Source: an uncultured Actinomycetota bacterium (GTDB taxonomy: Bacteria; Actinomycetota; UBA4738; HRBIN12). Taken from it: a stretch of 64,000 nt of DNA. Location: assembly GCA_963724415.1 (NCBI GenBank), contig CAVRUS010000011.1:561-64560 (forward strand), given 5' to 3'. This document shows, piece by piece, positions 1 through 8,735 of the stretch. Under the pieces are notes generated by a model. That model ran no database searches, had not been told where the DNA came from, and worked only from the letters and a program-made list of their open reading frames with translations. The position numbers were made by a program, and so were the translations under genes. Numbering within the stretch: the first letter of the stretch is position 1; every line of letters starts with the position of its first letter.

Positions 1-13
1 CACTTTCAGGCGC

Positions 14-38
14 GCCCCGGGGCGACCCCCCCCGGGGC
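14..38 (+). other. GC-rich hairpin (gccccgggg / ccccggggc, 9-bp stem) ending 4 nt before the GTG at 43
   Basis: Self-complementary arms read directly in the sequence. It could terminate an upstream gene outside the window or act as a 5' structural element. Confidence 0.3.
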
Positions 39-42
39 TTCG

Positions 43-624
43 GTGTTCCCGAGGTTTGTGCAGCCCACGTCGTGGCGCCGCGCTCTTCAAGGCCGGTATC
101 GTGGCCTCATGGACACCTGGAACGCGCTGCGGGCTCGCCGGAACGTCCGCACGTACGAGGACGCACCGATCCCCGCGAAGCAACTCGATCAGATCCTCGA
201 AGCGGCCAGGCGCACTCCGTCTTCGATGAATCAGCAAGGGTGGGACTTCGTCGTCGTGACCGACCGCGACGACCTCCGCGAGCTCTCGAAGGCGTGGCGC
301 CACGCCGCGCACGTCGCGACGTCCGCGGCGACGATCGTGCTGGTGATCCCCGAGACCAGCGACCGCGACGAGCGCGACACCCTCTGGTACGACCTCGGGC
401 AGGCAACGATGTCGATCATGGTCGCGGCCGCCGACCTCGGGATCGGCAGCGGACACGCCTCGATCGGGGATCAGCAGCTCGTGCGCGAGCTGCTGGCCAT
501 CCCCGCGGCCCGGGAGCCCGCGATGTTGATCGCGCTCGGATCGCCGGCGGATCGATCGCTCACTCCGGTCGACCAACCCGCTCGGCGGCCGTTCGACGAC
601 GTGGTCCATCCTGGTCGCTGGTGA
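43..624 (+). CDS. nitroreductase family protein
   Basis: 193-aa ORF. The N-terminal RNVRTYEDAPIP and the later LGQATMSIMVAAADLGIGS motif are typical of the NADH/flavin nitroreductase fold. GTG at 43 or ATG at 109 are both possible starts. Confidence 0.75.
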   Translation: MFPRFVQPTSWRRALQGRYRGLMDTWNALRARRNVRTYEDAPIPAKQLDQILEAARRTPSSMNQQGWDFVVVTDRDDLRELSKAWRHAAHVATSAATIVLVIPETSDRDERDTLWYDLGQATMSIMVAAADLGIGSGHASIGDQQLVRELLAIPAAREPAMLIALGSPADRSLTPVDQPARRPFDDVVHPGRW

Positions 625-742
625 GCGAGTGATCCGTCATCGAGCCGACCGTAACTCGCTGAGCGCGCTGAGCGTCCAGTGCGGGCCCGGGCACGTGGTC
701 GACGACCACAAGAAACTCCCCCTCTGAGAGTGCCAGGCGCGG

Positions 743-1478
743 TGAGTCAGCCGCTCCACGGATGCAGGCCGGCCTCGCAGAACGACAGCGCCATGGGATC
801 GGGGTGCTCCTCCTCCCAGGCTTCCAGCGGGTCCAGGTACCAGAGGATGACCTTCCAGTCCTCGCCGTCGAACCCCATCTCGAAGCTCGCGAGGTGTCGC
901 TCGGCGCCGTCTCCCTCGTCGATCGCGGCGGTCCACGCCAGGTGGTAGGTCCGGCGTCGGGGGATGTCGGGACCACACGTGCCCACCCCGATCACGGTCG
1001 CGGAGCCGCCGCCGAGCTCGTCCGTGAACGCAGGGTCGATCCCGGAGATGACCGCGTCGAGCCGTTGCGCGTACGCCGATCTCGGGAGGAGGTCGACGAT
1101 GAAGTCCGCGCTGCTCAGGCCGTGTCCGGTGAGGACGTCGGCGTCCGCACACCCCGGGAAGTACTGACGCTCGACCCTGGCACACTCGATCGTGTCCGCT
1201 CTGCTGAGCCGGAGGAGGGTGGCGGCGTCCCGTTCGAGGAGCGCTCGCCCGATCCGAGTCGCCGTGTCGCAGAAGGCGTCATCCGTCACAGGACAACCGG
1301 CTCTCGTGAAGGTCGGCTCGGGGATCGGGGTCACGGTCGGAGATGGCGTCGAGACGCTCGGCGGGGGAGCCGATGGGCTCGGCTCCGGCGCGTCCGCGGA
1401 TCCGCAGGCGATCACGCCGACCAGCAGCAAGGACGCGAGGACCGACCACCTCATCTGCTCACACCTACGTAGGGAGGA
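743..1478. repeat. direct repeat copy A (about 736 bp, about 97% identical to 2518-3253)
   Basis: Near-identical nucleotide runs and near-identical six-frame ORFs: 747-1454 vs 2522-3247, 762-1472 vs 2537-3247, 637-1185 vs 2430-2960. Confidence 0.9.
747..1454 (-). CDS. putative lipoprotein (signal peptide with LVGVIAC lipobox), duplicated gene copy 1
   Basis: 235-aa ORF with N-terminal MRWSVLASLLLVGVIACGS followed by a Pro/Ser-rich linker. No recognisable domain. Confidence 0.65.
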   Translation of the reverse strand: MRWSVLASLLLVGVIACGSADAPEPSPSAPPPSVSTPSPTVTPIPEPTFTRAGCPVTDDAFCDTATRIGRALLERDAATLLRLSRADTIECARVERQYFPGCADADVLTGHGLSSADFIVDLLPRSAYAQRLDAVISGIDPAFTDELGGGSATVIGVGTCGPDIPRRRTYHLAWTAAIDEGDGAERHLASFEMGFDGEDWKVILWYLDPLEAWEEEHPDPMALSFCEAGLHPWSG

Positions 1479-1574
1479 GCCCGCCCGGTCGATGTCAGGC
1501 GACGCGGTCGAGCATGCTCCGAGTCAGTAATGTGCTGGACGGTGTGGGGCGAAGCCCACGTCAGGAGGGGTTCG

Positions 1575-1706
1575 ATGAACATCGGCGAGGAACGGCGGAC
1601 GATCTACATCGAGCCGATCGAGGAGCCGCCTCCGGCGGAGGATCCCGTCCCGATCGCCGAGCCGGTTCCGGACCCGAGGAGGGATCACGAGCTCGAGCCC
1701 GCCTGA
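1575..1706 (+). CDS. small ORF (43 aa, Pro/Glu-rich) with strong SD
   Basis: AGGAGGGG lies 6 nt upstream of ATG 1575 and the stop is TGA 1704-1706. It ends 8 nt before the ATG of the next gene. It is below the size cut-off of the ORF track. Confidence 0.4.
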   Translation: MNIGEERRTIYIEPIEEPPPAEDPVPIAEPVPDPRRDHELEPA

Positions 1707-1713
1707 CGATCGC

Positions 1714-2520
1714 ATGGATCCCTCGTCGGTTCGTGTACCCGACGGGATCGAGCCGATCTCCGCGTATCGCGCGTGGTTCTACTCGATCGAGGGCCGGAAG
1801 GCTCAGCTCCGTCCGCTCTCCGCCCCGAACATCTCATCGCGCGGGAACGGCTGGGACGGGGCGGGGGCGAACTGGGTGACCGCTTCATGCGCGCTGGTCG
1901 GGTCGTCGACCCATGAGGTGCCTTCGGAAGACTGCAGCTGTGGCTTCTATTCGCTCAAGGAGCTCGATCATGCCGTGGACCTTGCATCGCCCTTCCGTTT
2001 CATGTCGATCCCTGGCCGAAAGGTCGATCAGGTCGTCCTCGGCCGCATCCTGCTCTCCGGCAAGGTCATCGAACACGACTTCGGTTATCGGGCCGAGCGA
2101 GCTCGGATCGCTGAGCTGATCCCGTTCCGTGGCTCGGAGCGATCCGTCATGGTCCTGGCAGATCGCCTCGGGGTCGGGATGGGGTCCGCCGTGGAACCGA
2201 CCTCTCTGGAAGAGGAGATCCACGTCGCGCTCGCAGGCCCCGCGGCGCCACGGCCCGTTCGCGCGAAGGCTCCCTCCGATCCTACGGAAAGTGCGGTGCT
2301 CGGTGTCCTCGCGATCGTCTCGCTGATCGCCGCCTTCGTCGTCGCGGCCGCGTGGGGTCAGATCTGGGTCCCGTTGATCGTCGTGTCGATCGGTCAGATC
2401 GGGCGCTCCGCCGACTCGATGGCGAAGGCCTACCGGGCTCTGCGTGACTGGTCCGGCAGTGGATCGAACCGTCCGAGGTTGCTGCCACCGGTTCCCACCG
2501 GCCGCGGCGTGAAGCGCTGA
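1714..2520 (+). CDS. hypothetical protein with C-terminal transmembrane segment
   Basis: 268-aa ORF between the two repeat copies. It has a hydrophobic stretch AVLGVLAIVSLIAAFVVAAAWGQIWVPLIVVSIG and no domain I recognise. Confidence 0.55.
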   Translation: MDPSSVRVPDGIEPISAYRAWFYSIEGRKAQLRPLSAPNISSRGNGWDGAGANWVTASCALVGSSTHEVPSEDCSCGFYSLKELDHAVDLASPFRFMSIPGRKVDQVVLGRILLSGKVIEHDFGYRAERARIAELIPFRGSERSVMVLADRLGVGMGSAVEPTSLEEEIHVALAGPAAPRPVRAKAPSDPTESAVLGVLAIVSLIAAFVVAAAWGQIWVPLIVVSIGQIGRSADSMAKAYRALRDWSGSGSNRPRLLPPVPTGRGVKR

Positions 2521-3253
2521 GTCAGACGCTCCACGGATGCAGGCCGGCCTCGCAGAACGACAGCGCCATGGGATCGGGGTGCTCCTCCTCCCAGGCTTCC
2601 AGCGGGTCCAGGTACCAGAGGATGACCTTCCAGTCCTCGCCATCGAACCCCATCTCGAAGCTCGCGAGGTGTCGCTCGGCGCCGTCTCCCTCGTCGATCG
2701 CGGCGGTCCACGCCAGGTGGTAGGTCCGGCGTCGGGGGATGTCGGGACCACACGTGCCCACCCCGATCACGGTCGCGGAGCCGCCGCCGAGCTCGTCCGT
2801 GAACGCAGGGTCGATCCCGGAGATGACCGCGTCGAGCCGTTGCGCGTACGCCGATCTCGGGAGGACGTCGACGATGAAGTCCGCGCTGCTCAGGCCGTAT
2901 CCGGTGAGGACGTCGGCGTCCGCACACCCCGGGAAGTACTGACGAGCGACCCTGGCGCACTCGATCGTGTCCGATCTGCTGAGCCGGAGGAGGGCGGCGG
3001 CGTCCCGTTGGAGGAGCGCTCGCCCGATCTGGGTCGCCGTGTCGCAGAAGGCGTCATCCGTCACGGGACAACCGGCTCTCGAGAAGGTCGGCTCGGGGAT
3101 CGGGGTCGCGGTCGGAGATGGCGTCGAGACGCTCGGTGGGGGAGCCGATGGGCCTGGCTCCGGCGCGTCCGCGGATCCGCAGGCGATCACGCCGACCAGC
3201 AGCAAGGACGCGAGGACCGACCACCTCATCTGCTCACACCTACGTAGGGAGAG
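2518..3253. repeat. direct repeat copy B
   Basis: See copy A. It includes the gene start and about 24 nt upstream. Confidence 0.9.
2522..3247 (-). CDS. putative lipoprotein, duplicated gene copy 2
   Basis: Shares the MRWSVLASLLLVGVIACGS start with copy 1 and is about 95% identical in amino acids. The 429-aa extended ORF upstream is antisense of the 3390-3920 gene and is rejected. Confidence 0.65.
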   Translation of the reverse strand, partial: LRRCEQMRWSVLASLLLVGVIACGSADAPEPGPSAPPPSVSTPSPTATPIPEPTFSRAGCPVTDDAFCDTATQIGRALLQRDAAALLRLSRSDTIECARVARQYFPGCADADVLTGYGLSSADFIVDVLPRSAYAQRLDAVISGIDPAFTDELGGGSATVIGVGTCGPDIPRRRTYHLAWTAAIDEGDGAERHLASFEMGFDGEDWKVILWYLDPLEAWEEEHPDPMALSFCEAGLHPWSV

Positions 3254-3389
3254 CCCGCTCGGGACCTTCGCGCTGGTTCGAGTCGTTCTGCGACAACCCT
3301 TGCGCTCCGCGCAGGGGCACTCGTACGCTCCACGCGCGCAGCCCTTCCCTTCCGAGCTGCGGCCGATCCGGCAAGCGAGGAGGGTCAGG

Positions 3390-3920
3390 ATGGCGCGCAC
3401 CAGGGTCCGCAAGCTGGCCCCTATCGTCATCGGGCTGCTGCTCACCGCCTGCTCCTCCGAGGCGTTCGAATCCTCGCGGCACGGGTACAGCCTGGAGGTG
3501 CCTTCAGGCTGGGAGGTCACGGAGTACCCCGGAACGTGGACGCAGCTCGAGGAGTTCTCGCCGGGGGCAGAGGTTCCGGGGGAGGACGTCGTCGCTCCGC
3601 CGGACCTGTCGTCGTTCCTCGTGAGCAACTCGATGGAGATCCCCTCCGACATGACGGCGGCCGAGTGGCAGGAAGCCTTCGATGCGCTCGTGGCGCCGGC
3701 GCTGACCGAGGAGTGCCCCGGTACGACGGCAAGCGACGTCGTCGCGGGCGAGCCGGCGGCGGCGGTGGAACAGCCGTGCGAAGGGTCGATCATCGTCGGG
3801 CGGCGTCTCACGCACGCAGGACGCGGGTACTACTTCACGATCCGGTTCCCGGCCGATGATGCCGCTGCGAGGGAGACGCTCGAGAGCGTGGTTCAGTCGA
3901 TCGAGTTCATCGACGACTGA
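3390..3920 (+). CDS. putative lipoprotein (LLLTACSS lipobox)
   Basis: ATG at 3390 is preceded by GAGGAGGG. N-terminal MARTRVRKLAPIVIGLLLTACSSE. Its 3' end overlaps the convergent cyclase gene by 14 nt. Confidence 0.65.
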   Translation: MARTRVRKLAPIVIGLLLTACSSEAFESSRHGYSLEVPSGWEVTEYPGTWTQLEEFSPGAEVPGEDVVAPPDLSSFLVSNSMEIPSDMTAAEWQEAFDALVAPALTEECPGTTASDVVAGEPAAAVEQPCEGSIIVGRRLTHAGRGYYFTIRFPADDAAARETLESVVQSIEFIDD

Positions 3921-6900
3921 CCGTCAAGTGACCTCGGCGTGGGCCGGTGACGGTCGGGCGGACTCGATCCGCTCGAGGAGCGACACGGCGCCGATCCCCG
4001 TGAGGAACGCCGTGCTCTCGGCGAGGGCCTCGGTCGTGAGCTCCTCGTCCGGCAGGACGTGGGCCATGTCGGCGGCGCAGAACGCCTGATCCAGGCGGCG
4101 CGTCGAGCGCCCGCCACTCGCCGAGCGCTCGCTCGTACCCGGCGAGGGCGTCCTCGCGGCGGCCCTCGAGCGCCGCCAGGCCGGCCTCCGCCGTGCGGCG
4201 GACCGCGTCGATCCAACGTCCCCGGAGCGGCGCCATCGCCTCGAGCGCACGGCGGAGCCGATCCGGGTCGCGCAACCAGACGGCCGCGCGCGCGGCCTCC
4301 CGGGCGGCGTAGTGCGCGTTGACGCCGCTCGGTTCGAGCTCGACCGCTTCGATCGCGGCCTCGAACGCCGGGGCGGGATCGCCGCCCAGGAGGTGGACCA
4401 GCGCGGATTCGCGGCCGAACCACGTGTGCATCGCGAGCTGCTCCGCGGCCTCGATCCGCGGCGCGATCCCGTCGAGCCGGCGGCGCGCGGCGGCGACATC
4501 TCCCCGATGCGCCTGGAGGAGGATCTCGCAGAACTCGCGCGCGAGCTCGTTCTCCGTACCCAGTTCACGCCCCTCGAGGCGGTGGAGCGCCTCCTCGGCC
4601 TCTTCCCAGCTGCCCAGCTCGATGGCCCCCTCGGCTGCGTTGGTCAGCCCGTGCATCTCGCCGGCGCGGTCCCCTGCCCGCCGGGCCGTCTCGGCGCTCT
4701 CGAGGATCGCGCGGAGCGCTCCGGCCGGATCCTCCTCCAAGCTCCCGATCCCGATCGCCATGAGCGCCCAGCTCCGGTAGCGGAGGCTGCCGATCTCGTC
4801 GGCCAGCTCCAGCTCGCCGCGTCCGAGGATCGTCGCCTCCCGGTGGCGGCCGAGGTTGAAGTACGCGCCACCCTTCGCGTCCAGGGCCTCGATCATCACG
4901 TCGGTGAGGTGGAGCCGCTCGGCGATCGTCAGCGCGCGCTCGGCCAACGGGATCGCGGCCTCCACCGCGCCGGTCGCGCGCAGGGCCTGGGCGAGCTTCG
5001 CGCACAGCCGCGCCGCGACGTCTTCGTCGGCGTCGCCGAGGGCCTCCAGCGCGCGCTCCATCCGCTCCGCCGCCTCGGCCCGGCGGTCCTGTGGGCGGAG
5101 GACCTCGTACAGGTCGGCCGTCGCCCGGCCGGCGGCCGCGTGATCGCCCAGCTCCTCGTGGAGCGCGATCGCCTCCTCGTACAGCGCCTCGGCTCGGTCG
5201 AACCACGCCGCGAGTGTGGCGGCCGATGCGGCGGTGGTGAGGAGGGAGGCTCGCTCCGGCCCCTTCGGCGTCACGTCGAGGGCGATCTCCGCGTAGCCGA
5301 TCGCCTGCTCGGGCGAACCGAGCGAGAGCGCCCGCTGCGCCGCCTGGGAGAGCCAGTCGCGGGCGCGCGCGGCCAGCGCATCGGCCTCCGGTCCCTCCGG
5401 CGAAGCGCGGTACGCCTCGACGTAGTGGGTGGCGACGACGCCGGCGAGCTCGTCGTCGCTGAGCGACTCGAGATGGTGCGCGGCCGCGAGGTGCCGGCTC
5501 CGCCGGTCGGGCTTCGAGAGCGTCGAGTAGGCGACCTCCTTGATCAGCGCCTGCAGGAACGAGTACTGGCCTCGCTCCGGCGAGCGCGCGTCGACCTCGA
5601 GCCCGAGGAACTCCCTCCGGACCAGCTCGCGCAGCCGCGCCTCGACCTGCTCCCGGCCCGAGCCGGCGACGGCCGCCAGGCCTTCGACCGTGAAGGTCAT
5701 GCCGACGACCGAGGCGTCCTGCACCAGCGCGCGGTCCTCGGGCGGCAGCACGTCCAACCGTGCCGCGATCAGCGCGTGGAGCGTCTCGGGGATGGTGTCG
5801 AGGGTCCCGACCTCGCCCACGAGGACGTACGCGTCGTCGCGCGCTTCGAGCGCGCCGCGGTCGACCAGCATCCGGACGGTCTCCACGGCGTAGAGCGGCA
5901 TCCCCTCGGCGCGCGCGACGATCCGCTCGACGCTCTCCGGCGGCATGCCGTGGACGAATCCCTCGACGAGCTCGGCGATCACCGGGTCGGGGAGTCGCTC
6001 GAGGTGCATCGCGGTGAAGCTGCGCTGGCCGGATCCCCAGTTCGGGCGCTTGTCGGCGAGCTCGGGTCTCGCCATCGTGACGATCAGGATCGGATGGCTC
6101 TTCGACCACTCGAGGATCGACTCGATGAAGTCGAGCAACCCCGGGTCGGCCCACTGGAGGTCCTCGAAGACCATCACGATGGTGCCCTGCTCCGCGATCC
6201 GCTCGAAGAAGGCCCGCCACGCGGCGAACAGCTCCTCGCGGTCGCCGTGCGGAGCGGGGTCGAGCCCGAGCAGGTGCGCGAGCCGCGGCTCGATCCATCG
6301 CCGCTCGTCGGGATCCGAGACGAACTCGGCCACCGACGCCGAGAGCTTGCGCCGTGAGGTGGCCGGGTCGTCGGTCTCGGCGATCCCGGCCCGCATCCGG
6401 ACCATCTCGCCCAGGGCCCAGAACGTGACGCCGTCGCCGTAGGACGGGCATCGGCCGCGATGCCAATAGAGCACCTCGACGAAGCCGTCGATCCACTTGA
6501 GCAGCTCCCAGGCGAGCCGCGACTTGCCGACGCCGGCGATCCCGGTGACCGAGACGAGCCGAGCCTTCCGTTCGGCGCCGGTCGCGCGGACGAGCTCCTT
6601 GATCGAGCGGAGGTCCTCGGCGCGACCGACGAACGGAGGCTCGATCGCCTCGCCGCGGCCGGCGCCGCGGAGCTCGCCGAGGACGCGGAGCGCGCGCCAC
6701 GCGGGAACGACCGTCTCCTTGCCCTTCAACGTGAGGTCGCCGAACTTCTCGAACGCGATCGCGCGGCCGGTCGCCCGGACCGTCGTCTCGCCGACGAGGA
6801 CGGTGCCGGGCTCGGCCATCGACTGGAGCCGGGAGGCCGTGTTCACCAGGTCGCCCGCGACGATCCCCTGCGAGGTGGCGCCGACCGTCGCGGCGGCCTC

Positions 6901-7410
6901 GCCGGTGAGGACGCCTGCGCGGGCACGGAGGTCGGCGCCGACGTCCGCGCCGAGGGTCTCGACGGCCTCGAGCAGCTCGAGCGCCGCCCGGACCGCACGC
7001 TCGGCGTCGTCCTCGTGCGCCGCCGGCGTCCCCCAGACCGCCATCACGGCGTCGCCGATGAACTTCTCGACGAGACCGCCGTAGCGCTCGATCGTCTCCC
7101 GGGCCGTCTCGAAGTAGCGGGACAGCAGGTCGCGGACCTCCTCGGGGTCACGGCCCTCCGCGAGGTTCGTCGAGCCGACGAGGTCGGCGAACAGGACCGA
7201 CACGAGACGGCGCTCGGTCGACGGCGTGGCGGCGGCCGGGACGGGCGGGGCCGCGCTCGTGCCGATCGTCGCCCCGCACTCCCCGCAGAACTTGCTGTCG
7301 GGAGCGTTGGGCGCGCTGCATGCGTCGCAGACGATCACGAGCGCCGAGCCGCATTCCTTACAGAACTTGCGGCCCGGCTCGTTCTCGGTCCCGCAGTTCG
7401 AACAGTTCAC
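3907..7410 (-). CDS. double zinc-ribbon / class III adenylate-guanylate cyclase / STAND (AAA) NTPase / TPR protein, paralog 1
   Basis: 1167 aa. N-terminal CxxC pairs (CSNCG..CKECG, CDACS..CGECG). Cyclase motifs VSVLFADLVGST and KFIGDAVMAVWG. P-loop GIAGVGKS. A long TPR-like helical C-terminal region. The last 60 aa or so are low-complexity. Confidence 0.85.
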   Translation of the reverse strand: MNCSNCGTENEPGRKFCKECGSALVIVCDACSAPNAPDSKFCGECGATIGTSAAPPVPAAATPSTERRLVSVLFADLVGSTNLAEGRDPEEVRDLLSRYFETARETIERYGGLVEKFIGDAVMAVWGTPAAHEDDAERAVRAALELLEAVETLGADVGADLRARAGVLTGEAAATVGATSQGIVAGDLVNTASRLQSMAEPGTVLVGETTVRATGRAIAFEKFGDLTLKGKETVVPAWRALRVLGELRGAGRGEAIEPPFVGRAEDLRSIKELVRATGAERKARLVSVTGIAGVGKSRLAWELLKWIDGFVEVLYWHRGRCPSYGDGVTFWALGEMVRMRAGIAETDDPATSRRKLSASVAEFVSDPDERRWIEPRLAHLLGLDPAPHGDREELFAAWRAFFERIAEQGTIVMVFEDLQWADPGLLDFIESILEWSKSHPILIVTMARPELADKRPNWGSGQRSFTAMHLERLPDPVIAELVEGFVHGMPPESVERIVARAEGMPLYAVETVRMLVDRGALEARDDAYVLVGEVGTLDTIPETLHALIAARLDVLPPEDRALVQDASVVGMTFTVEGLAAVAGSGREQVEARLRELVRREFLGLEVDARSPERGQYSFLQALIKEVAYSTLSKPDRRSRHLAAAHHLESLSDDELAGVVATHYVEAYRASPEGPEADALAARARDWLSQAAQRALSLGSPEQAIGYAEIALDVTPKGPERASLLTTAASAATLAAWFDRAEALYEEAIALHEELGDHAAAGRATADLYEVLRPQDRRAEAAERMERALEALGDADEDVAARLCAKLAQALRATGAVEAAIPLAERALTIAERLHLTDVMIEALDAKGGAYFNLGRHREATILGRGELELADEIGSLRYRSWALMAIGIGSLEEDPAGALRAILESAETARRAGDRAGEMHGLTNAAEGAIELGSWEEAEEALHRLEGRELGTENELAREFCEILLQAHRGDVAAARRRLDGIAPRIEAAEQLAMHTWFGRESALVHLLGGDPAPAFEAAIEAVELEPSGVNAHYAAREAARAAVWLRDPDRLRRALEAMAPLRGRWIDAVRRTAEAGLAALEGRREDALAGYERALGEWRALDAPPGSGVLRRRHGPRPAGRGAHDRGPRREHGVPHGDRRRVAPRADRVRPTVTGPRRGHLTVSRR

Positions 7411-7510
7411 GTCGAAACCTCTCCTCGCCGGGGGCCGAAGCGTACCCGGAGCCTTCGAGGACCGCGCTAGGCGTGGCGTCAGCCCTTTGACACTCCCTCA
7501 GCGCGAGCGC

Positions 7511-8026
7511 ATGGTTGCCCCAGGTGGAGACCGCGGCTGGGGAGTAGAGGTGGGGAGCCCGATCGGAACGCCCGAGGTTCCGCCTCGAGTCGACGTCCCT
7601 GCCGCCCCTGCGAACCGCCGGCCCTTCGTGCTCGTGATCCTGGGGCTCGCGGTCGTCACGATCGTCGCGATCGTGCTCTTCTCAGCCGGCGGGTCCGTCG
7701 GGTCCTGCTCGGAGGAGGATCTACAGCTCGCTCAGCAGATCCCTCCCTACGGCGGCGCGGAGCTCGAGTACTTCGACGATCCCGAGGGCCCCGGCTGCGT
7801 CACACAGCTCGAGGTCGAAGCATCGGCGACCGAGGTGCTCGATCACTACGAAACGGTTCTCGAGGACGACGGCTGGGAGGTCACCGTTCAGGACGTGCCG
7901 GTTGTGGAGGGTCCCGAAGGAATGACCGTAGCCGACTTCGTCGCCGTTCGCGGCGCGTCGGAGGTGACGATCGCCCTCGAAAGCTTCGATGGTCAGGTGA
8001 GCGCCGCGATCCGGGTCGATGCCTGA
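7511..8026 (+). CDS. membrane-anchored hypothetical protein
   Basis: Start at MVAPGG; the upstream part of ORF 7226-8026 overlaps the cyclase gene. It has a TM helix FVLVILGLAVVTIVAIVLF. Its 3' end is repeated at 25083-25219. Confidence 0.5.
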   Translation: MVAPGGDRGWGVEVGSPIGTPEVPPRVDVPAAPANRRPFVLVILGLAVVTIVAIVLFSAGGSVGSCSEEDLQLAQQIPPYGGAELEYFDDPEGPGCVTQLEVEASATEVLDHYETVLEDDGWEVTVQDVPVVEGPEGMTVADFVAVRGASEVTIALESFDGQVSAAIRVDA

Positions 8027-8105
8027 GGCCGACGGACGGGAGTGCCCGGCCCTCAGCTATCCCGGCTCAGGGACGAGCGCCGAAACGGGCCGGTTGGTTG
8101 GATCG

Positions 8106-8540
8106 CTATCCGGTTGAAGGGCGTGGACCGGTGGCCGTGAAGTCCGCGGTCGAGCCGACCACGTCGACCTCGACCGTTTCGAACGACTCCTCGAGGATCC
8201 GACGGAGCCCGTCAGCGGTGTCCCCGAGGTTGTCGAAGTCGCCCTGCCAGTTGAACGCGCGCAGGCCCGCACGAGCCTGCGGCCGGTGTCGTTCCTCGAG
8301 GCCCAGGACGGTGCCGCCGAACAGCACACCTTCGGGCGCCAGAACATCGGCGATGTTCCGGATCGCCACGGCCTTGTTCGACTGCGGTCCCCGCAGGCAG
8401 TGGAGGACGTAGGTCAGCGCCACCGAGTCGAACGGACCCTCGACCGGCAGAGGCTTCATCACGTCCGCCTCGACGGGGGTCGGGTGCATCGCCGCGTGCC
8501 CGGAGGCCCAGAAGGGTTCCACCCTTCGTCGCCGGCGCAC
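8106..8540 (-). pseudogene. class I SAM-dependent methyltransferase, 5'-truncated fragment
   Basis: Only the C-terminal half is present (FDSVALTYVLHCL...LAPEGVLFGG). The GxGxG motif I region is absent upstream. Confidence 0.4.
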
Positions 8541-8735
8541 AGCGAGACATGGTGGTCCTGACGGTAGGTCCTGCGTGCCGTTCTCTCCGTAAGCCGTTTG
8601 GGCGGCTTTACGGAGAACCGCCGTCGGGTTATCGAAGCGGACACAGCGTAGTCACGATCGCGCTTGATCGTTCATCCGCTCAGTTGACAGAGGGGCAGCC
8701 GGTCGCCTGGCCGGCGCCGAGGGAGGTGGTCTCCG

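Noticed and set aside
743-750. TGAGTCAG octamer at both repeat boundaries and GAGTCAG at 1538
   Set aside because: The first two are simply part of the duplicated sequence, which contains the lipoprotein stop codon. The third is probably coincidental.
2522-3811. 429-aa extended version of the duplicated lipoprotein ORF
   Set aside because: The upstream 190 aa are antisense to the SD-led lipoprotein gene 3390-3920 and absent from copy 1. The real start is at MRWSVLAS (3247).
4312-6357. Long ORFs antisense or out of frame to the cyclase gene (4312-6357 +, 4565-6700 -, 3924-4568 -)
   Set aside because: Arg/Gly/Pro-rich low-complexity translations typical of high-GC shadow ORFs. They fully overlap a well-supported gene.
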